Shown here: one piece after another, positions 28,879-39,435 of the stretch
Numbering within the stretch: the stretch's first letter is position 1
Layout of the letters: the number at the start of each line of letters is the position of its first letter
Source: Candidatus Poribacteria bacterium
Lineage (GTDB): Bacteria; Poribacteria; WGA-4E; PCPOR2b
Reading direction: 5' to 3'
DNA length: 64,000 nucleotides
Assembly: GCA_965116925.1 (NCBI GenBank)
Contig: OZ220744.1
Span: 4,416,001-4,480,000 of the forward strand
Position numbers and translations under genes: made by a program
Notes under the pieces: generated by a model
Databases searched by the model: none
The model's input: only the letters and a program-made list of their open reading frames with translations
What the model was told of the DNA's origin: nothing

Positions 28879-30436
28879 ACCTAAGAACAGCATCTAATCT
28901 GCGAAGATCAGTATTTTTCAATGCGGTATCTCTTTTGTATTGATAGTAGTTTTTGAGGACTTTGCCAACATGTCGCTCCGTTTGCGGATTGAGCTTACCG
29001 TTTTTCCGCACGTTTCCCGATCCCGCATGATAAGCGGCAAGTGAAAGGCCGTAGTCCCCATCATACTTTTTAAGCATTTCGTGCAGATATCTGACTCCCG
29101 CGTCTAGGTTTTTAAGCGGGTGGAAGCGTTCATCAACGCTGGGATTTGGTGTCGGCTTTCTTACATTCTGATAGGAGGGCATTTTGAGACCGAGATCCTG
29201 TGCCGCCGCCGGCATCAGTTGCATCAGCCCAACGGCGCCATTGGGCGAAATTGCTTTGGGATTGAAGGTTGACTCCCTTTTGACCAGAGCGAGGATGAGA
29301 TCGACTTCGACACCGTATTGCTTCGCAATCTGCTCAGTTGGAGATTTTGCATTTTTAGCAGCTTTTGTATCATTGGCGATTCGCTTCGTATTGTCGGGCG
29401 CAGGTTTGGGATGACTCTCCGTTGTGGTTTTCTCGCTTCCCTTCACAGAGGTTTTCCTTTTACTCACCGTGGTCGCCGCCCTTCCCGCCACAGAGGTCCT
29501 CATTTTCGTCACAGAAGCCCCCTCTTTGCTCATGGAAGCCGAGACTGCCCGGTCAGATAAATCAAATGTCAAGCCAACGGCGAGAAGATGCTTATATGCC
29601 ACGTCTGGCTGGCTCAAGTAGGCGTAATGGAGATGCTTTCCGTGGACATCAACAGAAAATCCCATACTCCAGTCAGGTTCTGGTTGGAGTCCTATCAGGT
29701 CAATTGCTGTCCCCAACCGGAGCGCGAGTCCATACGCGCCGACTTCACCTCCCAGTCTGAGTTGCCATAACGCTGTATCCAACACACTGTTCAATTGAAG
29801 CGGTTGAACCGGTTTCCATGCGATCCCAACGGCAAATGTCTGATCAAACTGCTTCAGGAGCCTTCCCTCCCGATCTAGAATGGTCACTCCAGATATATCT
29901 ATCAATCTTGCCCCTAGGACTAGATGGGGCGGTAGTTTAACAATAGCACCGAGGTCGTAGCTTGGCCGCCATTGACTGTCAGGGTTCGGGGCACGATTAT
30001 ATCCAAGATTCCCGCCAAGCTGGAATCGGCTGCCAATTGACCGGGCATAAGACAGGAGAACTTGATTATAGCCTCTCTCGAATGTTCCGACCGGGTTATT
30101 CCGATGGTCGTGGAAGAAGCGATCTTCGCGATTCAAATCTAAGGCACTGAAGCCGAGTGTTCCCACGTAGTGGATCGGATACCCGAAGGAAACTGCGCCT
30201 TGAGAAAGATCGTACACCAAACTGCCTTGCTCAAGGCTTGCAAGTCCCGCGGGATTCCAGAGAGCCCCCGTTGAGTCACTAGCACTGCTGATAAACGCTC
30301 CACTCATACCAAGTGCCCTTGCACCAACCACAGGGCGCAAGGAAGCCGAGGCTATGGAGACGCACAACAGCCAAAACACTGCACTCCCAACCCAGACCAG
30401 ACACCAATGGCTACGGTGTTCGTTCGTGCTTGGCAT
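28877..30436 (-). CDS. PorV/FadL-like outer-membrane barrel fused to a C-terminal lytic transglycosylase (SLT) domain
   Basis: Signal peptide, GARALGMSGA..WNPAGL; RES.FNP.A.S..GA.GLMQLMP, N...G.RYL, AAYHAG. Confidence 0.8.
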   Translation of the reverse strand: MPSTNEHRSHWCLVWVGSAVFWLLCVSIASASLRPVVGARALGMSGAFISSASDSTGALWNPAGLASLEQGSLVYDLSQGAVSFGYPIHYVGTLGFSALDLNREDRFFHDHRNNPVGTFERGYNQVLLSYARSIGSRFQLGGNLGYNRAPNPDSQWRPSYDLGAIVKLPPHLVLGARLIDISGVTILDREGRLLKQFDQTFAVGIAWKPVQPLQLNSVLDTALWQLRLGGEVGAYGLALRLGTAIDLIGLQPEPDWSMGFSVDVHGKHLHYAYLSQPDVAYKHLLAVGLTFDLSDRAVSASMSKEGASVTKMRTSVAGRAATTVSKRKTSVKGSEKTTTESHPKPAPDNTKRIANDTKAAKNAKSPTEQIAKQYGVEVDLILALVKRESTFNPKAISPNGAVGLMQLMPAAAQDLGLKMPSYQNVRKPTPNPSVDERFHPLKNLDAGVRYLHEMLKKYDGDYGLSLAAYHAGSGNVRKNGKLNPQTERHVGKVLKNYYQYKRDTALKNTDLRRLDAVLR

Positions 30437-30592
30437 ACTGCGCCCTTTCCTCTTTCTATTAAATTTCAAAATACAGGTGGGGACCTGTCGCATTATCATT
30501 CCTCCCCAAAGAACTGATCAAACACACAATCATTTAATATCAGTTCCGAATCAGCTAAAATTTTGGCTATGACAAAGCAGGAGCACCAGTTG

Positions 30593-31078
30593 TCAATTTG
30601 TAACAGTGAGTAGTATGGTTTGGGTTGATGTCAAAACTTCAGTATCAGTATCAACTCCTGACGATTGCACCGAAACGACTTGGCTAATAGCCGTAACAAC
30701 AAGCTGGAGCACTTCAACTTTGACTACACCGTCCGGCTTTTCTGGCGCAGACCAAATCGCCTTATTTTCATCCATGGGGGTCAATGTGCCGTAACCGGTT
30801 GTGTTGATCCAATTGAAGATGATGTTTGAGCCTCGAAGTTCGTCAACAGTTGCTGTCATGTTCACTGTCTCACCAGCTTGGACGGTATCTTTACTTACCT
30901 CGACCTTGACGTTAAGCGATTGGTTCTCTAGGTCTACCTGTGTAAGTGTATTATCGGTTTCTTCCGGCTCTCGAAGCGGGTTCTCAACGGAACTCCCGCC
31001 ACAACCAAGCAAGCATAGGGCAATAGTGAGTAAAACCATGGGCGACAGAACTGGTGTTATACGTATCATTTTAATCAT
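30593..31078 (-). CDS. Putative lipoprotein with Ig-like beta domain
   Basis: Lipobox LLGC; beta-rich sequence. Confidence 0.65.
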   Translation of the reverse strand: MIKMIRITPVLSPMVLLTIALCLLGCGGSSVENPLREPEETDNTLTQVDLENQSLNVKVEVSKDTVQAGETVNMTATVDELRGSNIIFNWINTTGYGTLTPMDENKAIWSAPEKPDGVVKVEVLQLVVTAISQVVSVQSSGVDTDTEVLTSTQTILLTVTN

Positions 31079-31212
31079 CGTTCTTGTCCTTTAGGTTGAA
31101 ATTTTGGGAGTATTCAGCCGAAGATGGCTGCCAAGATTTTTCCATATAACAAAAACGTAGAGATGAATGCACGGTTTCAGGCAATCGGTGATAACGATTT
31201 AATCCAAAAGGA

Positions 31213-32307
31213 TTAGAGTTTCGGATATTTGGGAACATTTTTATAATGTCTCCAATTCTCAGCGTAGATCTTCCAGACACCGTCGGCGGGATCCACCATA
31301 AAAACCAACTCTTTCTTGCCAAAATCCGAGTAAACGACTTGATTTCCAGAGGCGCGGGTGCCGACAAATTCTTGTAAGAAATTGACATCCGCTACAGCAC
31401 TATCCCCGTTGATTCGCAAATGAAAAATATTCACTTTAATTTCGCTATACCTTTCATTAAGGGATCTCATTTTTTCGCGCAACTGTTTTTTGTTCAACCG
31501 AGTTGAGTATTCGCGTCCCTTGTTAATAGTGACCCTTGTAATCTCTGCGTCTTCTGCATATTTCGACATATAGGTTCTAAGATTCTTTCCCTGCCAAGCC
31601 TGCTGCCATTCGCCCAAAACTTGACTCAATTTAAGCTGGGTATCGAGCGGTGTCTCACCGACAATCGGTGAGGAGCTTTCTGGTGCAGCGGCTTGAGACG
31701 GTGTAACAACACTATTGGAAGGCACTGGAGCATCAACGGATCGCAACAGAGGATTTTCGGGGGTTGGATTGGCAGATCGAGCAACGATCTCTTGATCTTG
31801 AGCGATATACTCCTCGGTCGTTTCGGGATATTCTAGCTCATCATGAATTCTATCGTCTATCAGTTTCCAACGTTGCAAGAGCCCTCGCTTTTCAACAGTT
31901 ATGTCCCTATAAATCATAACTAAAACCTCGCCATCTTGGTAGAGCGTGACAGGGATGCGCTCAATCTGTCGTCGATTTGTGTCCCCGAGATCTTTTTGAG
32001 GAAGATGTTCAGTTATGTCTACTTCAACCTTTTCTCTACTGAAGAGTTTCAATGCGCGTTCGTACTGACGCTGGTTTTTGGTTCGTGCGGTCGAATCCCA
32101 TAGCTGCTGATATAACCTCGGTTGTTTTGATTCGACAGCTTGTTTCCACTGTTGGAGGAAGGGATCAATCGCCCCAGTATCTTCAATAACCTGTAGCCCA
32201 AGTACCATCGCTAGAAGGATGACGGCCGCTCCAATAATGCCGATCACACCGAAACGGGTGTTGGGATTTTGAAATGTGGTGGAAAATTCAGTTTTGCCGG
32301 ATCGCAT
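31213..32307 (-). CDS. Membrane-anchored protein with two NTF2/SnoaL-like domains
   Basis: TM helix; W..AW.GKNL..Y...Y and YSDFGKKEL..WKIYAE.W. Confidence 0.6.
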   Translation of the reverse strand: MRSGKTEFSTTFQNPNTRFGVIGIIGAAVILLAMVLGLQVIEDTGAIDPFLQQWKQAVESKQPRLYQQLWDSTARTKNQRQYERALKLFSREKVEVDITEHLPQKDLGDTNRRQIERIPVTLYQDGEVLVMIYRDITVEKRGLLQRWKLIDDRIHDELEYPETTEEYIAQDQEIVARSANPTPENPLLRSVDAPVPSNSVVTPSQAAAPESSSPIVGETPLDTQLKLSQVLGEWQQAWQGKNLRTYMSKYAEDAEITRVTINKGREYSTRLNKKQLREKMRSLNERYSEIKVNIFHLRINGDSAVADVNFLQEFVGTRASGNQVVYSDFGKKELVFMVDPADGVWKIYAENWRHYKNVPKYPKL

Positions 32308-32319
32308 TAATTTACCCTC

Positions 32320-33678
32320 CTAATTAACAGCAGTACCATACCGTGGCACCGCCTCGTAAATCCGCCAGCTTTCACGGAAAATTTTCCACTCAACCCCAAC
32401 TTGACGCACCCACACCTCCCGCGTCCACAAATCGTGCAGAGCGGGCACCCCTCCACTCACCGCTTTCCGCGAAAGACGACTAAACCGATAGACAGCAATA
32501 ACATTCTCTCCATCTGCATCAAACTTGGAATCCGTCTCTTGCCACTCAACGTCCATCATCTTTTTCAAAATATCAACCATTTGCAGACGATTAAGATGAG
32601 TCTGCTCTTCGTTGCTAGAGCGGATAACGGTTTGATCTAGCGTCGCCTCCTGAGCATACTTGCTCAAGTGTCGGTGTATATCTTTTGCTGTCCACGCAAG
32701 TGCCCAATCGCTAATGACTGCTCTGCCGCTTGCAATCTGTTCATGGGTCAGTGAGGTACTGTTGGTACGAACCGCTTGTTTTTTGCGCTGCTGCTGAACA
32801 TAAGCCTTTGCTTCCTGTTTTTTTCGAGCTAGCGTATCTCCCCGTCGTTTTAATACATTAGATTGATCTAGTTGTTCAATGTGCTTTGAATAGTGCTGCG
32901 CTTGCGCTGCTGCCTGCGTTCGTGCTTCCGCCGCCTCCTTGCGAGTTTTATCTACCAACGATTGAGCATCTGCCAATTCACTACGCAATTGATGAATCTG
33001 ACGCTCATATTCTTCCATTTGACCCTGCGCTTGGTGCAGTTGTGTTTGGGTTGTATTCAGTTTTGACTGAAGGTAACCGCATTCGGCTTTGGTTTTATTA
33101 TAATCTCGCAATATCTCTCGGTTTGCACCTTCAGTCTCTTGAAGTTTTTGGTCCATGTCAGCTTGCAGCCGATCCTTTTGCATACCCAATTGCTGGACAA
33201 TCGTTTGAGATTTTTCTAGTGCCTCACTTGCTGTTTTCAAATTTGCTTCAAGCATAACAATTTCCGCTTCCTTGCGTTTAATGATAGCATTTAGCCCATT
33301 CCCCTCGGATTTATACATCGCTTCTTGTTCAGCAATTTGTGCTTGGGTCAAGGCGTTATACGCTAGGTGCATTGCTCCGAGTCCGTCCTTCGCAGCGACA
33401 GCTTCCTTCGCACTTGCAAGGGCATTTTCCGCCTGCTGCAAGGTATCTGACGCAAGGTACTGAGCGTTTGCAAGGTGTGCCTGTTCAATCGCCGTTTCAG
33501 ATTGTGCGATAACAGTATTGACGTTTTCCAATTGAACCTTCCCAAGGGAACCGCTGCAGGCAATAACGAGCATCGGTAGAAGGCACATCCATGTATGATG
33601 AATGCAATTTTTCTTCCAAATTATAAGCAATCCTTGTTTTACTATGCCTCTATCTCTGAGCGATTTCATTTTTTTCAA
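32320..33678 (-). CDS. Putative lipoprotein: DUF4398-like helices, long coiled coil, C-terminal NTF2-like domain
   Basis: Lipobox VIAC, Ala/Gln helical segment, W..AW..KD, WKIFRESW; start uncertain. Confidence 0.6.
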   Translation of the reverse strand: MKKMKSLRDRGIVKQGLLIIWKKNCIHHTWMCLLPMLVIACSGSLGKVQLENVNTVIAQSETAIEQAHLANAQYLASDTLQQAENALASAKEAVAAKDGLGAMHLAYNALTQAQIAEQEAMYKSEGNGLNAIIKRKEAEIVMLEANLKTASEALEKSQTIVQQLGMQKDRLQADMDQKLQETEGANREILRDYNKTKAECGYLQSKLNTTQTQLHQAQGQMEEYERQIHQLRSELADAQSLVDKTRKEAAEARTQAAAQAQHYSKHIEQLDQSNVLKRRGDTLARKKQEAKAYVQQQRKKQAVRTNSTSLTHEQIASGRAVISDWALAWTAKDIHRHLSKYAQEATLDQTVIRSSNEEQTHLNRLQMVDILKKMMDVEWQETDSKFDADGENVIAVYRFSRLSRKAVSGGVPALHDLWTREVWVRQVGVEWKIFRESWRIYEAVPRYGTAVN

Positions 33679-33913
33679 CTCCTGAGCGTGATTACTGATT
33701 TGGCTTAATCTTTCCCATCGGCGGACAACTACAATTCTTAATTCAGAACCTTCTTTTCCTTTTCGTTTTTTTGAAATATTCGGCTAAGGGTTCGGATAAT
33801 CCGTCAATAAAAACGAACAAAGTGAGTGAAAGGTTGCAATTTGAATGGAGTATAGCATAACATGCAACGTGAATGTTGCTGATTTGTTTCCTTTTTTCCG
33901 ATCCACCAATATC

Positions 33914-34264
33914 TCAATCCAACGTTACAAAAATACTCTTCCTCGGTTGGGCGTTGACCGCCCGGCTACGATGCCCTCTGCCGGTAGTATCTTCTGCCAA
34001 AAGGATATCCCCCGGACCGAATCGCCTTGTCGTGCCATCACCTACCTCAATGTCAACCCCACCGCTTAACGTGATGACGTATTGTCTTCGTGGAACAGTA
34101 TGCCAATCATAGTCGTAGTTAGGACCAGTTTCCCGAAAGATGATCCCTGTCGCATCTTGAAGTTGCGACATTTTGCCAATGTCACCGCTATCTTCAACGG
34201 GAATCTCTATATCCTCAAAATGAGACTCGCCATCGGAGCCAGTATAGAGACGGGTTACTTTCAT
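33914..34264 (-). CDS. Cupin-domain protein
   Basis: DGESHFED, DWH..PRRQ, EDTTGRGH. Confidence 0.8.
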   Translation of the reverse strand: MKVTRLYTGSDGESHFEDIEIPVEDSGDIGKMSQLQDATGIIFRETGPNYDYDWHTVPRRQYVITLSGGVDIEVGDGTTRRFGPGDILLAEDTTGRGHRSRAVNAQPRKSIFVTLD

Positions 34265-34326
34265 CCTTGTTTTCAAACCTCCTGTAAATGAACTAATGAA
34301 CCAATGTGCCAATTAACCAAAAAGTG

Positions 34327-35718
34327 CTACAACCTCTTGGCAAACGCTGGCCTCTCTTCCATCACCCGTTTCGCCTTAAATGCTGTGCGCTCCAAAGCCC
34401 CTTGGTCGACAAATTCCACCTCCGGTCGGAAACCCAACGCTTCCCGGAGCGCGTCTGCAGCCCTTACCTGAAGGACTGACACCTGTTCCTCAGACATTTC
34501 CTTCTGCTCCAACTCAACCGCAATAATACAGATATCTCGATGCGTTGAAACGTCATGTGTCAACCGGATACGGTACTCGGGGCTCAGTTCTTCAAAGGAA
34601 CGCACCACCTGTTCCACTTGCATCGGATAAAAGTTGACACCCATGAAAACAATCATATCGTTCGCCCTGCCCAAGATGCCCTCAGGAGAACGGGCATGGG
34701 TGCGTCCACACGGGCACCGAGATCGGTCAAGCCGCACGAGATCATTTGTCCAGTACCGGATCATCGGCGTGGCACACCGCTCAAGGTGCGTGATGACGAG
34801 AACCCCTACTTCTCCCTCCGGGACAGGTTCTTTCGTTTCGGGATCAATGACTTCAATCAAATGTAGGTCCTCACTCCAATGTAACCCCGTTTTGTGGCTG
34901 CACTCACTGGCAAAAGTAGGACCAATTTCGGCAAGCCCGTAGTAGTCGTAGGCGTCAATGCCGAGACCTCTCTCAATGGTTCGGCGTGTTGCTGGCACCT
35001 CCGTGCCCGGCTCTCCACCAAAGCAGCCAATCCGGAGATTGATATCCGATATGCTATAATTATGCGTCCTCAGTTGTTCGGCGAGATAGATGGCATAGGA
35101 AGGCGTGGCAACGAGAACGGTGCTCTTGAGACGCACCATGTAATCAATCTGTCTTTCGGTTAACGCCGCGCCGATTGGAATTACTAGGCAACCGATTTTT
35201 GCCCCGGCATAGTGCACAGCCAACCCCGCCACCCAAAGCCCATAGGCAAAAGCATTTTGCAAAATATCCCCCGGACGGACACCGACACTCCAGAGTGTTC
35301 TAGCTGTCACTTCCGTGATGTATTGTACGTCTGTCGCGCTCCAAATTGTGTTGACAGGTGTGCCTGTGGTTCCGGTGCTTGGGTGCACCTCCCGGAATGC
35401 TGTCTCCGGTGCAACGGTAAATCTCCCCAAAAACGGGTGCTGTGCCTGCTCCTCGCGTAACTCCTCCTTGTGGACAAAAGGGAACCTGCGGATATCATCT
35501 AGGGTTTTGATATCTGCCGGTGATACACCCACTGCATCAAAACGTTCTCGGTAAAAGTCGCTTCGGTGATAGCATCGATCAACCTGCCATTTGAGCTTGG
35601 TAAATTGTAACGCATCCAAGTCGCTTCTCGACATAGTCTCAATTTTATGATCGTAAAAAATCGACATATCGCGTCTCGTCTGCCTCTCCATGACATGGCT
35701 CTCGTCGAATTGTTGCAA
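34327..35718 (-). CDS. Phenylacetate-CoA ligase family protein
   Basis: STGTTGTP, YGLAE, C.CGRT, GRANDM; true start may be 35667. Confidence 0.88.
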   Translation of the reverse strand: MQQFDESHVMERQTRRDMSIFYDHKIETMSRSDLDALQFTKLKWQVDRCYHRSDFYRERFDAVGVSPADIKTLDDIRRFPFVHKEELREEQAQHPFLGRFTVAPETAFREVHPSTGTTGTPVNTIWSATDVQYITEVTARTLWSVGVRPGDILQNAFAYGLWVAGLAVHYAGAKIGCLVIPIGAALTERQIDYMVRLKSTVLVATPSYAIYLAEQLRTHNYSISDINLRIGCFGGEPGTEVPATRRTIERGLGIDAYDYYGLAEIGPTFASECSHKTGLHWSEDLHLIEVIDPETKEPVPEGEVGVLVITHLERCATPMIRYWTNDLVRLDRSRCPCGRTHARSPEGILGRANDMIVFMGVNFYPMQVEQVVRSFEELSPEYRIRLTHDVSTHRDICIIAVELEQKEMSEEQVSVLQVRAADALREALGFRPEVEFVDQGALERTAFKAKRVMEERPAFAKRL

Positions 35719-35835
35719 GGATTTGCAGCCTTTCTAAGGTTGAAACTTGTAACATCAACTGTGAAGGATTGGGGCGGTGATTCTAAACCTTATGATTATA
35801 GCAAAGCAACGGGGAACTCTCAAGCGAAAAGGCAC

Positions 35836-35864
35836 TTGACTTTACCGGTTTTGAGTGCAATAAT
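35836..35864 (+). promoter_or_regulatory. Putative sigma70 promoter
   Basis: TTGACT-N17-AATAAT with TGn extension. Confidence 0.5.
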
Positions 35865-36013
35865 TGTCATAGAATTACCATAGTTGAAAGCTGATGAGGG
35901 TTCATCGGTAATTGTTGCACAACTCCTTGTGGACGTGCAACAGATTAAAGAATTCATCTAACTCGGACGCAAAGCTGTACACTGATTTGTCCAATGCAAT
36001 AGGAGTTCAGATT

Positions 36014-37228
36014 ATGAAAATCACAGATATTGAGATTATCCCGATTTATCCACGTATCCCCGCACGCAATACAGATCATCAAGCACGATTCTCGGCTATT
36101 AACCACCGCACAATTTTCAAAGTACACACAGACAATGGATTAGTCGGCTATGGCGACTATCGTTGTTCAGCACCTGATCGGTCAACCGTCGAACCGCTCA
36201 TCGGTTGTAACCCCTTCGACTTCATCAACAACAATTTGAATATAGGGCTGTGTGGTGCCCTCTATGATGTGATGGGCAAACACTTAGAGGTCCCTGCCTA
36301 CAAACTGATGGGACAGAAAGTGCGAGACGCAATTTCTGTCGCTGCGTGGACGAGACCCGCAGCCCCAGAAGCTTTCCGCGACGAAATTCAGCGGGCAGTA
36401 GACCAAGGGTACATGACCTTTAAGATGCACACCTGCGAATATTATGACGTGATGGAGCAGACACGGTTAGCAGAAGAGGTGGCACCGGAAGGATTTAAGA
36501 TTCACTACGACTTCAACAGTAACCGTAGCTTGGCAGCAGTGCTGCCTATTGTGCGTGAATTGGAGAATCACCCCGTAGTCGGTTTCATTGAGGATCCAAT
36601 TGTCCGAAACGATATAGACGGTTGGCGACGGTTACGGGAACAGAGCCGTCTCCCAATTGTCATGCACGCTCCACAACTCGGCGGTGTCCAAGAAATCATC
36701 CACGGACTTGCAGATGCCTATATGGTTGGCGAGAGCGGTATCGGTGATAGCCTAATACGAGGGTTTGCGTGTGGGAAGGCAAATCTTCAGGTGATTATAC
36801 AGTTGACCGGTGGTACGCTCACCAAGGCACTAGCACTGCACATGGGGGCTGTTTTGCCTACGATGACAGGTCACACAGTAAACCTCGACGACCAGTATGA
36901 GGAAGATGTCACGACAGAACGGATTCCGGTCATCGAAGGATTCTCGCCTGTCCCAGAAGGTCCCGGATTGGGGATTGAGGTGGACGAAGATGCCCTAGCA
37001 CGGGTGGCGGCAAACCAACCGACGGAGATTCCTAAGCATGTTGGTGTGCTGCATATGCCAGGCGGGCATAAGATCTATACCCCGTCTTTCGCTCCGGTGA
37101 GCCGACTCACAGGGCGAGAGGAAGGTACTATCCGAGGACTCAAACAGGAACTTTGGGACGACGATGGCTCCGAGGAGTTTGCCCGAATCTATGATAGGGT
37201 GCAGCAGGAGGGGTCATTTGTCGAGTAG
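36014..37228 (+). CDS. Mandelate racemase/muconate lactonizing enzyme family
   Basis: MKITDIE, ALYD..GK, FKMH, IEDP, PEGPGLGIEVD; AGGAG RBS. Confidence 0.88.
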   Translation: MKITDIEIIPIYPRIPARNTDHQARFSAINHRTIFKVHTDNGLVGYGDYRCSAPDRSTVEPLIGCNPFDFINNNLNIGLCGALYDVMGKHLEVPAYKLMGQKVRDAISVAAWTRPAAPEAFRDEIQRAVDQGYMTFKMHTCEYYDVMEQTRLAEEVAPEGFKIHYDFNSNRSLAAVLPIVRELENHPVVGFIEDPIVRNDIDGWRRLREQSRLPIVMHAPQLGGVQEIIHGLADAYMVGESGIGDSLIRGFACGKANLQVIIQLTGGTLTKALALHMGAVLPTMTGHTVNLDDQYEEDVTTERIPVIEGFSPVPEGPGLGIEVDEDALARVAANQPTEIPKHVGVLHMPGGHKIYTPSFAPVSRLTGREEGTIRGLKQELWDDDGSEEFARIYDRVQQEGSFVE

Positions 37229-37256
37229 TTCCAAAGGCTCCTGTGTCAGCAAGGAG

Positions 37257-37296
37257 GGTTCTGGAGGTCGAGGTGACCACCTCGACCTCCAGAACC
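37257..37296. terminator. Perfect 19-bp inverted repeat between convergent genes
   Basis: GGTTCTGGAGGTCGAGGTG-AC-CACCTCGACCTCCAGAACC; no U tract, so could be a REP. Confidence 0.55.
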
Positions 37297-37379
37297 GTTA
37301 TCGCTACCCACAATTTTTTTGTGGAAAGATGTAGATACCGTTAAGGCCTACTTACTGTTTCGTCATTTGAGTGTTACTT

Positions 37380-37685
37380 TTACAACCTACCCACAACTTC
37401 AAACCGTTCTGATTCCGTAGGCTTCGACCACAATACTGATGCGCCCTCCATTACGGCTGCCCGTTCCGGAGAAGCGCGCCAAGCGTCGTAGATTTCATTA
37501 CTTTCCCACGTCACCAACGAGGTTATCTTTGTCGGGTCGGTGGTGGAGACAAGCGTCACCCGACTAATGAATCCGGGGGCTTTACTTTGTGCTAGCCCAT
37601 TGCGGTCTAAGAGTTCGCGAGCCTCATCAAATTGTTCCTCTTTTGCCCAATGGTGAGTTAATACGCCAATCATCATTCCCTCCAT
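37380..37685 (-). CDS. Antibiotic biosynthesis monooxygenase (ABM) family
   Basis: APGFIS, WES...AWRASPE. Confidence 0.8.
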   Translation of the reverse strand: MEGMMIGVLTHHWAKEEQFDEARELLDRNGLAQSKAPGFISRVTLVSTTDPTKITSLVTWESNEIYDAWRASPERAAVMEGASVLWSKPTESERFEVVGRL

Positions 37686-37710
37686 ATATTTTGACTCATG
37701 TTAAGAAACC

Positions 37711-37738
37711 GTAGGGAACAACGATCGTTGTTCCTTAC
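37711..37738. repeat. GTAG-type REP
   Basis: GTAGGGAACAACGATCGTTGTTCCTTAC, one mismatch to 6912-6939. Confidence 0.85.
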
Positions 37739-37780
37739 TGCTGCATCAATAAACCAATGTTTTCACATTTCACGCTCTTA

Positions 37781-39061
37781 TCATCTCATCGCAAACAACC
37801 GCCAGACCGATGCGACAATCAGCACTAGTGAAAAGGCAAGTCCCATTGTGCTCACGGCTACGATTCCTGCTTCCGCAAACACCGCACCTGTTCCCAAACT
37901 GCCTGCCCCCGCCGCCAAAGCCACCATCATCTCACTGGCACCCTGTGCCCGACCACGCTCGACAGGCAGAAGACCGCTGAAAAACAGCGCAGATCCCGCG
38001 ATAAAGCAGAAATTCCAGCCCAGTCCCAGCAGGAATAGACTAAAAGCAAGCATGGCAACCTGATTGGAAATTGGCGTTAGTACGGCGGAGATACCCAGTA
38101 TCAACGCACCGGCGACTATCATTGTTACCGGCCCTAAACGGTCTGCCAGACGGCTCGTCAGGCTCGAAAGCCCGTACATCCCCAACGTATGCGCCATTAT
38201 CACCCACGAAATCGCCTGTGCCCCATGGGCATGATGGTTCATGTGCAGTGGCGTAATTACCATAATTAGCGTCATAACGAACTGACCAATTATCATCGCC
38301 GTGACACCAAGTTTCACGGTCCTGTCAATAAAAATTTGCCACAACTTGCGTCCGGTGTTCTTCTCGTCTACCCCGCCCAGGTCTCCCGACACCGTCCTCC
38401 CTATCTTCATAGGATCAGGATACAGCAAGAGAAGGGTCAGCATTAGCGCAAGGGCAGCAAGCACTACCGATACCATATAAGGACCAGCGTGGGAATGCAA
38501 GCCGAACGTTGTCGCCAGCCAAGTCGAAGGAGCTACCAGCAGCGGACCCCCTACAGCCCCTATAGTCCCTGCGAAAACAATAAGACCAATCACCCCCGCT
38601 CGTTTGACCGGGTGATAGACCTCCGCCGCAATAAAACGCGCCTGTTCGCTCACCCCACGTCCCATGCCCATCAACAACACACCAGCACAGAGCCACGGTA
38701 ATGACTCCCACATGCTGATTGATAACACACAGAGCACTGATCCAGCTGCAGTAAATAAATACCCCAGTGCCAGACCCAGCCGCCGTCCTATGTGGTCCAT
38801 GAGCCAGCCCACAGGATAGGCAGCAATGGCTCGCCCCAACATCATCATTGTAGGTGGTAATCCCGCAGCACGATCTGTCCCACTCAGTTGTGCAGAAATA
38901 ATCGGCAAAAGTGTAAACGACAAAATCATTGATGCGCTGAATAAACTCTGCGAGATGAACAACGTTGCCGTTATCCGCTGCTGCACCGAACGAGGCATTG
39001 TTGATGTAGACATAGACCCTTTCGTTAAGAACCGGAATGGGGGCAATCCAAACCGTGCCAT
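37781..39061 (-). CDS. MFS transporter
   Basis: About 12 TM helices, MDHIGRR and ADRLG motifs. Confidence 0.92.
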   Translation of the reverse strand: MARFGLPPFRFLTKGSMSTSTMPRSVQQRITATLFISQSLFSASMILSFTLLPIISAQLSGTDRAAGLPPTMMMLGRAIAAYPVGWLMDHIGRRLGLALGYLFTAAGSVLCVLSISMWESLPWLCAGVLLMGMGRGVSEQARFIAAEVYHPVKRAGVIGLIVFAGTIGAVGGPLLVAPSTWLATTFGLHSHAGPYMVSVVLAALALMLTLLLLYPDPMKIGRTVSGDLGGVDEKNTGRKLWQIFIDRTVKLGVTAMIIGQFVMTLIMVITPLHMNHHAHGAQAISWVIMAHTLGMYGLSSLTSRLADRLGPVTMIVAGALILGISAVLTPISNQVAMLAFSLFLLGLGWNFCFIAGSALFFSGLLPVERGRAQGASEMMVALAAGAGSLGTGAVFAEAGIVAVSTMGLAFSLVLIVASVWRLFAMR

Positions 39062-39212
39062 ATTTCGGCATTAGGTACTTAGCCTTCAGTTGCTGACAAT
39101 CACCCTTATCCGCAACTTCAGATTATATCTTACCACGTCCCAAATATACGGTCAATTCCAAAGTAGCGCTACAAATTTTTCCTATATTTCTGGTTGAGTG
39201 GAGTCAATTCCG

Positions 39213-39241
39213 TTGACAACCACCCATGGAATAACTATAAT
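39213..39241 (+). promoter_or_regulatory. Consensus sigma70 promoter
   Basis: TTGACA-N17-TATAAT. Confidence 0.75.
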
Positions 39242-39435
39242 GAAAATCGCTCACTTACGCTCCCCAAATCAGACTTTTGCGCTGATGGTAAGAATTGCAC
39301 CGATAAATCGGGATTCATATCCGTTTACTCCAAGCGGTTTCTATTTTTGGACGGAGCACGTTGCCATACCCATGTAGAAGATTGGTGTAGAGAGGGCGTG
39401 GGGCGTGCTTTGACATAATTCAAAAGGATTCAAAA

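Noticed and set aside
38415..39071. Long alternative-frame or antisense ORFs (also 13541-14113, 20533-21048)
   Set aside because: Shadows of well-supported genes, with no motifs of their own
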